Assembly: GCA_017620655.1 (NCBI GenBank)
Contig: JAGAUT010000079.1
Span: forward strand, 3,635 to 67,634
DNA length: 64,000 nt
Reading direction: 5' to 3'
DNA from: Clostridia bacterium
GTDB taxonomy: Bacteria > Bacillota > Clostridia > Oscillospirales > CAG-382
A program made the position numbers and the translations under genes. Under the pieces are notes generated by a model, which was not told where the DNA came from, ran no database searches, and was given only the letters and a program-made list of their open reading frames with translations. Shown in pieces: positions 40,377-48,391 of the stretch. Each line of letters begins with the position of its first letter. Positions within the stretch are counted from its first letter, which is position 1.

Positions 40377-41374
40377 TATTGAACCTCCCAAATACTATCG
40401 GAAACATATATTCCATTTTTTAAATTCCGTCTGTAATTATCGAGCCTATCATCTCCGGGAATCGATATCTTCATTCCTTCTACGTTTTTTCCTGTTCTGA
40501 CACTATTAATATAAGAATCCATTTCACTGTAAAATTCTGTTCCATACACAATTTTTGGATTGATTACAATAAATGTAAATCCTACATCCATACACTTTTT
40601 TTCAGAATTGTAAAACCTACCGACGTTTCCAAGATACGACGCTCCCGAAATCACACCTGTAAGTATATCTATCATCATTGACATTCCATATCCCTTAAAT
40701 CCTGCCATTGGCTGCATCAAACCATTTAAAGCCACCTTTGCATCCGTTGTAGGCTTTCCATTTGCATCAAGTGCCCATCCATCAGGTATTGGCAGTCCAT
40801 TTTCTGCATACTCATTAATTTTTGACTTTGCAACAACACTTGTTGCCATATCCACAACAATCGGGTGATTATTCTTAGCTGGAATTGCAATCGAAAACGG
40901 ATTTGTTCCAAGTATTTTTTCACATCCACCTGCAGCCGCCATTTGAGCAGGGCTGTTACTCATGGTAAAACAAATACAACCTTTTTGTGCTGCTCTTAAT
41001 GCATAATAAAATGCTGCTCCATATGTATTATTATTAAACGAAAAGGTGGTAAACACACCGGACTCCTTAGCTTTCTTCACAGCATAATCAACACAATGAA
41101 TACCGCTTAACATTCCAATTGCATTATCTCCGTCTATCACAGCAAAAGCGGATGTTTCTTTTTTTACCTGAAAACTCGGAGTTAAATTATACCCACCTGA
41201 TTCGATTTTCTTCAAATGTGCCTTCAATGTCTTTAAACCGTGGCTTTTAACCCCATAAAGTTCTACTTGTGTCATATATTCAGCAAACACTTCTGCGGAG
41301 TTGTCCTCAAGTCCTGATTGTAACAGAACGTTTTTTGTTTTTGCTTTTATCTCATCTTTTTTATATATACTCAC
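40376..41374 (-). CDS. Ldh_2 family (malate/L-lactate/ureidoglycolate-type) oxidoreductase
   Basis: GVKSHG, DGDNAIG, GTNPFS, DMATS, IPDGWALD, GFKGYG. Confidence 0.9.
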   Translation of the reverse strand: MSIYKKDEIKAKTKNVLLQSGLEDNSAEVFAEYMTQVELYGVKSHGLKTLKAHLKKIESGGYNLTPSFQVKKETSAFAVIDGDNAIGMLSGIHCVDYAVKKAKESGVFTTFSFNNNTYGAAFYYALRAAQKGCICFTMSNSPAQMAAAGGCEKILGTNPFSIAIPAKNNHPIVVDMATSVVAKSKINEYAENGLPIPDGWALDANGKPTTDAKVALNGLMQPMAGFKGYGMSMMIDILTGVISGASYLGNVGRFYNSEKKCMDVGFTFIVINPKIVYGTEFYSEMDSYINSVRTGKNVEGMKISIPGDDRLDNYRRNLKNGIYVSDSIWEVQ

Positions 41375-41385
41375 TGTAGCACATC

Positions 41386-43392
41386 CTATTCCACGCTTGT
41401 ATAATTCAAAATCTCTTTGTAATCCTGTAGAATATTATTTAGCATTATCGATCTCTCAAAGTATCTTGTAGCTCTCTTATGACCATTCTGGGAGTATAGC
41501 ATTCTTCTTTGCCCATCATTCATTAGTGATATCATTTCGCGACGCAAAGCTTCACTGTCCTTGGCAGGAACAAGTTTTCCTGAAACACCATCCTCTATAA
41601 CTTCACTCGGGCCGGGAATGTCTGTAGTAATTACAGGAACAGCCATTCCCAGTCCCTCCTGAATAACCTTGCCAAATCCCTCTCTATGTGTCGGATGAAC
41701 CAGTATGTCAAAAGATGCAATATACTTACAAACATCATTTTGCGGGACATGTCCGGTCAATATAATGTTTTCACACTCTTCAGCAAAACGCAAGTTGTCA
41801 TCAGAAGGAACATCGTTTTCTCCAAACTTGCCTACCAGCATAAGCTTAGCATTTTGCATTCCCTTAAATGCACTGATCAGCTCATTAATTCCCTTGTCTT
41901 TGTGCAATCTTCCAATATATCCAAATACAAAATCGTCTGCTTTTATACTATACTTCTTTCTGATTTCATCTCTGTACTGGGTTTTCTTTTCGATGTCATA
42001 TTCCGTCAAATCAACGCCGATGGTTCCACCAATACCAATAACAGAAATCTTTTCCGGTTTACACAGTTTTTCGTCAATTGCAAATTGTCTATTTTTAAAA
42101 CTTTGAGATTTAATATGAGTCGAATTCCAACACACAATCTTCTCGAGTGCCTTAAATATTCTTCTAGATAAACCTGAAAGTCCCACGTATCTTATACCCC
42201 ACTGGCAGTAAAGTCTTATAGGTGCCTTCACCAATCTTGCTGCAATACTCGAATAAAACGAGGCGTTAGGCGTCGAGTACTGAATCATATCGAACTTTTC
42301 ACGTTTAAAGATCTTTCTTAGTTCACGAATTGAAGAAAGTGCAGAGAAATCAATCCCTCTGGCCATTTTCACTGGTATAAATCTCAGATACTTTGGAAGT
42401 GATTTTGCAAATTCCTCATCATCATTGCAGATAAGGGTAATATCATATCCCCCTCTTTCGTGAAGATACTTTGCCATTTCTACAACAAAACTCTTCATCG
42501 TAAGTGAAACAGTTGTTACCATACAAATTTTCTTTGCAGGCTCTGCGGACTTCTGTTTTTTCCTGGCTACTATTTCCAAAACTTTTTCTTTTATAATCTC
42601 AAGATTTTCAAGATATTTATCTTCAGAATAATCCGACACTTCTTTTTCTTTATCTCTTATATTCTTTACGCCATCAATAAAAAGCTGTTCTACTTCTCGT
42701 GGATTCTCAATTTGATTGGCATCGCAAAATCCCCTTGAGAGAATGGCTGCAGTCGAACCTAAATGATAATGTTCTGCAATAACATACTCTGCAGGAAGCA
42801 TACCATGTCCAACTCTTGCAATGCCACCAAACCCGTATTTGATTCCTTTGTTTTTGAATTTTTCGCATAATTTCTTCACAGTGTCATCGCAAAGAAGCTC
42901 AAACATGAAATCTTTACCATATGCAAGATGAAGATCGTTGAGTCCAATATGCACTTCATCTATGCCTTCAACACTCAAAATCTCATCTGCATTTTCTACA
43001 GACTCAGCCGTCTCAAACAGAAGAATTGTTTTTGTTCTGCCGTTTACGCATTTAACAAAACGCTCAACTTCCGAAGAAGTTCTGAACATAGGAAGCATTA
43101 TTACATCTGCGCCCGCTTCTATTGTTTGTTCAATCTCTTCCTCGGTACTACAATAAGCATCCGTTGCTTCATGTACAGGATTTATTCTGACAAGAAGTTC
43201 AGCTGATGTAACATACGGTCTTATTATCCTGATATCTTCGACAGTATGATGAGACTTTACTGTATCAAGACCGCCCTGACGTTTTTCTTTATCGATATAT
43301 TCCATATCAATCCAGATGCGGTCAACACCTGCTTTTTGTGCTATTTTTGCAATTTCAACATTATTTGTTATGTACATCAATGTCAATGACAT
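41386..43392 (-). CDS. HpcH/HpaI aldolase-citrate-lyase-family domain fused to a CapM-like GT4 glycosyltransferase
   Basis: N-terminal GVDRIWIDME, VRINP, IMLPM, LLFET, HIGLNDL; C-terminal GRLHKDKGINEL, HREGFGKVIQE; continuous frame across the junction. Confidence 0.85.
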   Translation of the reverse strand: MSLTLMYITNNVEIAKIAQKAGVDRIWIDMEYIDKEKRQGGLDTVKSHHTVEDIRIIRPYVTSAELLVRINPVHEATDAYCSTEEEIEQTIEAGADVIMLPMFRTSSEVERFVKCVNGRTKTILLFETAESVENADEILSVEGIDEVHIGLNDLHLAYGKDFMFELLCDDTVKKLCEKFKNKGIKYGFGGIARVGHGMLPAEYVIAEHYHLGSTAAILSRGFCDANQIENPREVEQLFIDGVKNIRDKEKEVSDYSEDKYLENLEIIKEKVLEIVARKKQKSAEPAKKICMVTTVSLTMKSFVVEMAKYLHERGGYDITLICNDDEEFAKSLPKYLRFIPVKMARGIDFSALSSIRELRKIFKREKFDMIQYSTPNASFYSSIAARLVKAPIRLYCQWGIRYVGLSGLSRRIFKALEKIVCWNSTHIKSQSFKNRQFAIDEKLCKPEKISVIGIGGTIGVDLTEYDIEKKTQYRDEIRKKYSIKADDFVFGYIGRLHKDKGINELISAFKGMQNAKLMLVGKFGENDVPSDDNLRFAEECENIILTGHVPQNDVCKYIASFDILVHPTHREGFGKVIQEGLGMAVPVITTDIPGPSEVIEDGVSGKLVPAKDSEALRREMISLMNDGQRRMLYSQNGHKRATRYFERSIMLNNILQDYKEILNYTSVE

Positions 43393-43415
43393 TCTATTAT
43401 CTCCAATCACAAAAA

Positions 43416-44024
43416 CTAATCATTAACTTTGCGTGCAGGAACACCAAGATACGTTCCTTTTTCTGTTATATCCTTTACTACAACAGCGCCTGCACCTATT
43501 ATACAATCCTCGCACACTGAAATATTATTGCTGATTGTAGCACCTGCACATATAAAAGATCTTTGCCCGACACAAACAGTTCCAGCTAAATGTGTTCCCA
43601 CAGAAATATGACAATAATCTCCTACAATATCATCATGATCAACAGAACTGCAAGTGTTAATAATTACACCCTCACCAATTTTTGCACCATTATTGATAAC
43701 TGCACCGGCAACAACAACTGTTCCTTTTCCGATTGATACATTTCCACCGACAACCACTGACGGATGCACAAGTGTTGCCATCTCTCCGCCATCCGATACT
43801 ATCATGCGCATAATTCTTTCGCGTACAATATTGTTTCCTATTGCCACAAAGAAATCACTGTTGCTTATGTAATTGATGTAATCCTTAGTTTTACCCTTAA
43901 TTCCAACATCAAATCTATCAGAATCATCAAGAAAAAATACGTTTTCGTAACCAACAGACAAAGCGATATCTCTCACGACTCTTCCATGACCGCCTGCCCC
44001 CAAGATAACAATTGTCTTTTTCAT
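43416..44024 (-). CDS. PglD/EpsM-like N-acyltransferase
   Basis: LGAGGHG, VAIGNN, SVDHD, LbH repeats, GVPA. Confidence 0.85.
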   Translation of the reverse strand: MKKTIVILGAGGHGRVVRDIALSVGYENVFFLDDSDRFDVGIKGKTKDYINYISNSDFFVAIGNNIVRERIMRMIVSDGGEMATLVHPSVVVGGNVSIGKGTVVVAGAVINNGAKIGEGVIINTCSSVDHDDIVGDYCHISVGTHLAGTVCVGQRSFICAGATISNNISVCEDCIIGAGAVVVKDITEKGTYLGVPARKVND

Positions 44025-44662
44025 ATATACTTTTCCTCTTTTACCTTTTCATCAACCACAGGAGTTACGGTAAACTCTTCCATTGTGACATTTGTTTCTG
44101 AACTGATACCCTCTCTTTTAAGTACAGCAAGCACCGTTCCTAAAATGATTTTCACATCACCCACAAAAGTAATGTTATTAACATACTCAACGTCCAATTT
44201 GAATTTTTCTTCCCATGAAATAGCATTTCGTCCATTTATCTGAGCAAATCCCGTAAGTCCCGGCCGCACGTCGTGTCTGTGCTTTTGTTCTTCGTTATAA
44301 AGCGGAAGATATTTGACAAGCAACGGTCTTGGACCCACTATTGACATATGACCGACAAGTATATTGAAAAGCTCGGGCAATTCATCAAGCGAAGTCTTTC
44401 TAAGCAATTTCCCGTAGCCGTTCAACCTTAATTCATCAGGTAAAAGATTACCGTTCTTATCCCTACCGTTTGACATTGTTCTGAATTTTATCAGTTTAAA
44501 TATCTTTTCGTTTTTACCCGGCCGTTGTTGAGTGAAAAAAGGATTTCCCTTCATCATTACTACACCAATAATGCTTAAAACCAGTAAAACAGGTGATAAA
44601 ACCAGAATTGCCATAAATGACAGTGCAAAATCCATCACTCTTTTAAAAAAACATCTATACAT
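44021..44662 (-). CDS. Priming phosphoglycosyl transferase (PglC/EpsL-like)
   Basis: KRVMD, QQRPG, KFRTM, SLDELPEL, GPRPLLVKY, RPGLTGFAQINGRN. Confidence 0.9.
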   Translation of the reverse strand: MYRCFFKRVMDFALSFMAILVLSPVLLVLSIIGVVMMKGNPFFTQQRPGKNEKIFKLIKFRTMSNGRDKNGNLLPDELRLNGYGKLLRKTSLDELPELFNILVGHMSIVGPRPLLVKYLPLYNEEQKHRHDVRPGLTGFAQINGRNAISWEEKFKLDVEYVNNITFVGDVKIILGTVLAVLKREGISSETNVTMEEFTVTPVVDEKVKEEKYI

Positions 44663-44670
44663 GTATTCCC

Positions 44671-45888
44671 TCAAAAACAACTCTTAATAATTTCAATAAT
44701 AATGTCCTGTTCTTTAGGAGTCATTTTAATATCGCTTGGCAGACACAAACCTCTTTCAAATATATCTGCTCCAACGTCCTTTGTGCTTTCATTTGCCTTT
44801 CCTCCGACATGAGCAGTTACAAATCCGTTATTCTTATAAATCGGTTGCATATGCATAGGCTTCCAAATAGGTCTACCTTCTGCGTTATATTTTGCCAAAG
44901 TTTCGAGAATTTCTGTGGGACAACTCTTTCCTCTTTCACGGACATATGAAGCTTCGCAGTCACTTCTGTTCTGCTTGCACATGGCGTTTTCATCTATAAT
45001 AAGACAAGACAGCCAGAAGTTAGGCTCCATTATATTTTCATTATATGGATTCATCTTAACAGGCAAATCCTTTAGACCTTCTTTATAACGCATATAAATA
45101 GCCTTCTTTTGGGCAATATGTTCTTCAAGGTGAGGATACTGCCCTCTGACAACACCGGCTATAACGTTACTCATTCTGTAATTATATCCTATTTCTTCAT
45201 GCTGGTACCAAGGGGCGTTTTCCCGGCTTTGTGTAGACCACTTTCTTACCTTTGTCGCTGCGACAGAATCATCAGTAAGAAGCATACCGCCTGAAGAACC
45301 GGTTATAATCTTATTTCCATTAAAAGAAATGGCATTATATGTACCAAATGTACCTGTCTGTCTTCCTCTGTATGTGGCACCTAACGATTCTGCTGCGTCT
45401 TCAATCATAACAGCACCGTGTTTTTCACAGATTGATGTAATCTCATCCATTTTAGCCGGAGTTCCGTAAAGATTAGCAAGAACAACAACCTTGACATTTG
45501 GATATAACGCAAACGCTCTTTCAAGTGCCACAGGATCCATATTCCATGTATCATATTCAGTATCTACAAATACAGGCTCAGCCTTTTCATAAACAACCGA
45601 ATTTAACGTTGCTGCAAATGTCAAATCCGAACAAAAAACCTTGTCTCCGGGTTTTACACCTGCAAGCTTTATCGCAAGATGAAGGGCAGCTGTTCCGCAT
45701 GAAAGACCGACTGCATTCTTGCAACCCAATTTTTCACAAGTAATGCGTTCAACCTCGTTGATATTTTCACCAATTGTAGACATCCAGTTCTTTTCATATG
45801 CGTCGGTTATATACATTAGTTCTTCGCCGTGCATTGTCGGTGTTGCCAACCAGACCTTTTTATCAAATGGTTTGATATTATCAAGCAT
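44671..45888 (-). CDS. DegT-family aminotransferase (PglE/EpsN-like)
   Basis: EDAAESLGA, SFNGNKIITGSSGG, GYNYRMSN, RPIWKPMHMQP, GLCLPS. Confidence 0.88.
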   Translation of the reverse strand: MLDNIKPFDKKVWLATPTMHGEELMYITDAYEKNWMSTIGENINEVERITCEKLGCKNAVGLSCGTAALHLAIKLAGVKPGDKVFCSDLTFAATLNSVVYEKAEPVFVDTEYDTWNMDPVALERAFALYPNVKVVVLANLYGTPAKMDEITSICEKHGAVMIEDAAESLGATYRGRQTGTFGTYNAISFNGNKIITGSSGGMLLTDDSVAATKVRKWSTQSRENAPWYQHEEIGYNYRMSNVIAGVVRGQYPHLEEHIAQKKAIYMRYKEGLKDLPVKMNPYNENIMEPNFWLSCLIIDENAMCKQNRSDCEASYVRERGKSCPTEILETLAKYNAEGRPIWKPMHMQPIYKNNGFVTAHVGGKANESTKDVGADIFERGLCLPSDIKMTPKEQDIIIEIIKSCF

Positions 45889-45908
45889 TTTCTTTTCTCC
45901 CAATCTTT

Positions 45909-45976
45909 AAAAAGGCATACCTATGCCTTTTATAAATATACAGTATAATTATACCCCTCCCCTTTTAAAAAGTCAA
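45909..45976 (-). promoter_or_regulatory. Cluster A promoter and conserved leader with hairpin
   Basis: TTGACT(45971-76)-17-TATAAT(45948-53), then TATACTGTATATTTATAAAAGGCATAGGTATGCCTTTT (perfect hairpin). Confidence 0.8.
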
Positions 45977-46014
45977 TAGCATAAATGATTTTTTACTTAT
46001 AATATTAATTAAAC

Positions 46015-46042
46015 AAAAAAGTCCCCGCACAAACATGCGAGG
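46015..46042 (-). terminator. Second terminator-like hairpin downstream of wecB
   Basis: Minus strand CCTCGCATGTTTGTGCGGGG-ACTTTTTT. Confidence 0.55.
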
Positions 46043-46124
46043 AAATACTCTATTACGGGTTACCAAGTGCCTTTTTGATAAGTTCAACTCTTTCGATGGA
46101 AAAATGCATGTGCTTAAAAAATTT

Positions 46125-46148
46125 AAAAGCAGCCCAACGGCTGCTTTT
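46125..46148 (-). terminator. Rho-independent terminator after gpsA-wecB
   Basis: AAAAGCAGCC-CAAC-GGCTGCTTTT. Confidence 0.85.
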
Positions 46149-46157
46149 ATTATTTTG

Positions 46158-47249
46158 TCAACCTTCAAGAATATCTGCAATTCTCTTGCAGGCAAAACCG
46201 TCGCCGTAGGGGTTACTTGCCTTTGACATTGCTTCATATGCGTTCTTATCATTGAGAAGAAGCTTGAAGTTTTCGTAGATTACCTCTTCATCGGTACCTA
46301 CAAGTTTTAGCGTTCCTGCCTTGATACCCTCGGGTCTTTCGGTGGTATCACGCATAACGAGTACGGGCTTGCCGAGACTTGGAGCTTCCTCCTGAATTCC
46401 GCCGCTGTCTGTCAAAATCATAAAGCTTCTCGCAAGGAAATTATGGAAATCAAGAACCTCAAGAGGCTCGATAATTCTGATTCTGTCGCAGCCGCCGAGT
46501 TCTTCATCGGCTGCCTGACGTACCACAGGATTCATATGAATGGGATAAATCGCCTTGACATCGGGATGCTCATCCATAACACGGCGGATTGCTCTGAACA
46601 TATTATGCATTGGCTCACCAAGGTTTTCACGTCTGTGAGCTGTAATCATTATAAGTCTTGAATCCTTTGCCCATTCAAGTTCGGGATGTGTATAGTCATC
46701 CTTTACGGTTGTCTTGAGTGCATCAATGGCAGTATTGCCTGTAATATAGATTGTGCCCTCATCCTTACCCTCACGAACAAGGTTTTCCTTTGAAAGTTCG
46801 GTGGGAGCAAAGTTATACTGCGAAATTATAGAAACTGCCTGACGGTTAAACTCTTCGGGGAACGGACTATAGATATTATAGGTTCGAAGACCTGCTTCAA
46901 CGTGACCTACGGCAATCTGCTTGTAGAAGCAGGCAAGCGCCGTAACAAAGGTTGTTGAAGTATCTCCGTGAACAAGCACAACGTCAGGCTTTACCTCATC
47001 AAGAACCGCACCTATGCCGTTAAGAATGTTTGTTGTAATATCAAAAAGCGTCTGCTTATCCTTCATAACCGAAAGGTCATAGTCAGGCTTTACGCTAAAA
47101 GCTTCAAGCACCTGATCAAGCATCTGTCTGTGCTGACCCGTTACGCAGACAACGGTATTTATATTCTTTCTTGTCTTGAGTTCATTTACTAGCGGACACA
47201 TTTTTATTGCCTCGGGACGTGTTCCGAATACAAGCATTACTGTTTTCAT
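46158..47249 (-). CDS. wecB: UDP-GlcNAc 2-epimerase (non-hydrolysing; WecB/MnaA)
   Basis: FGTRPEAIKM, TGQHRQML, VHGDT, HVEAGLR, TDSGGIQEEAP. Confidence 0.93.
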   Translation of the reverse strand: MKTVMLVFGTRPEAIKMCPLVNELKTRKNINTVVCVTGQHRQMLDQVLEAFSVKPDYDLSVMKDKQTLFDITTNILNGIGAVLDEVKPDVVLVHGDTSTTFVTALACFYKQIAVGHVEAGLRTYNIYSPFPEEFNRQAVSIISQYNFAPTELSKENLVREGKDEGTIYITGNTAIDALKTTVKDDYTHPELEWAKDSRLIMITAHRRENLGEPMHNMFRAIRRVMDEHPDVKAIYPIHMNPVVRQAADEELGGCDRIRIIEPLEVLDFHNFLARSFMILTDSGGIQEEAPSLGKPVLVMRDTTERPEGIKAGTLKLVGTDEEVIYENFKLLLNDKNAYEAMSKASNPYGDGFACKRIADILEG

Positions 47250-47261
47250 CTGTATCACCTG

Positions 47262-48251
47262 TCAAATATTTTCTATTTTCATTTCCCTTGTCATGAGAGA
47301 GTCAACAACATCTGCAGGGTTTGCATTTCCGTTCACAACGGCATCTACGGCATTTATTATGGGAAGATCAACACCGTATTTTTTCGCAAGACCCATTGCT
47401 GCAGGAAGTGCATTCATGCCCTCGACAACCATACCCACCTCTTCAATTGCACGCTTTGGGGAATGTCCCCTGCCTATAAGAAAGCCTGCGTGATTATTTC
47501 TTGAATGGATACTCGTACATGTTACGATAAGGTCGCCAACGCCTGCAAGACCGTAAAAAGTCTTTATGTCGCAGCCCATGGCCATGCCCAGCCTTGACAT
47601 TTCGGCAGCACCTCTTGTGATAATTGCCGCCTTTGCGTTGTCGCCGTAGCCGAGTCCTGTGGAAATACCTGCCGCAAGGGCAATGATATTCTTGAGTGCA
47701 CCGCATATTTCAACGCCGAGTATATCTGAGTTTGCATAAACTCTCATGACATTGTTTGAAAAGACTCTCTGTACAAGAAGCGCCGCATCCTCGTCGCGGC
47801 TTGCAGAAACGATGGTTGTGGGAAGATCCTTTGCCACCTCTTCAGCATGGGTAGGACCCGAAAGGGCAACAAGTCTTACATCTCCAAGTTCGTCCGCAAT
47901 AACCTCTGTCATAGTCTTAAGCGTGTCGGTTTCTATTCCTTTCGCAACGTCCACAATAACCGCACCGGAAGAAATATAGTCCTTTGCGGATTTTGCAACA
48001 GAACGGATATAAACAGAAGGTACTGCAAACACAATCATTTCCATACCTATACATGCTTCTTTTATATCACCGGTAAAAACGATTTGCTCGGGTATTTTCA
48101 TGCCAAGAAGATTGGGATGCGCACGCTTTTGGGAAAGTGTTTCAACTTCCTTTTCAATAGCAGACCACACAACAACATCGTTGCCGTTGATTGCAAGCAT
48201 ACGTGCAAGAGCCGTACCCCATGTTCCTGAGCCTAAAACGCCTATTTTCAT
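47262..48251 (-). CDS. gpsA: NAD(P)H-dependent glycerol-3-phosphate dehydrogenase
   Basis: GSGTWGTALA, SGPTHAEEV, GALKNIIA, GDLIVTC..HSRN. Confidence 0.93.
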   Translation of the reverse strand: MKIGVLGSGTWGTALARMLAINGNDVVVWSAIEKEVETLSQKRAHPNLLGMKIPEQIVFTGDIKEACIGMEMIVFAVPSVYIRSVAKSAKDYISSGAVIVDVAKGIETDTLKTMTEVIADELGDVRLVALSGPTHAEEVAKDLPTTIVSASRDEDAALLVQRVFSNNVMRVYANSDILGVEICGALKNIIALAAGISTGLGYGDNAKAAIITRGAAEMSRLGMAMGCDIKTFYGLAGVGDLIVTCTSIHSRNNHAGFLIGRGHSPKRAIEEVGMVVEGMNALPAAMGLAKKYGVDLPIINAVDAVVNGNANPADVVDSLMTREMKIENI

Positions 48252-48295
48252 TATAAATCTCCTGAAAAAGTGTTGTATACATAACTATATATAGT

Positions 48296-48325
48296 ATTAT
48301 AACCCTCTTTCACAAATATGTCAAG
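48296..48325 (-). promoter_or_regulatory. Sigma-A promoter of gpsA-wecB
   Basis: TTGACA-18-TATAAT. Confidence 0.65.
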
Positions 48326-48344
48326 ACAATATATGACTACAAAT

Positions 48345-48376
48345 AAAATCCTGCCCCTTTCGGAGCAGGACGTTTT
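48345..48376 (-). terminator. Terminator after GH78
   Basis: TCCTGC-CCCTTTCGGA-GCAGGA hairpin with flanking A/T runs. Confidence 0.6.
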
Positions 48377-48391
48377 CAACCGATTAAAATA

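Noticed and set aside
26073-45976. Invertible (Bacteroides-style) capsule promoters
   Set aside because: No flanking inverted repeats or recombinase seen; the shared elements are direct copies
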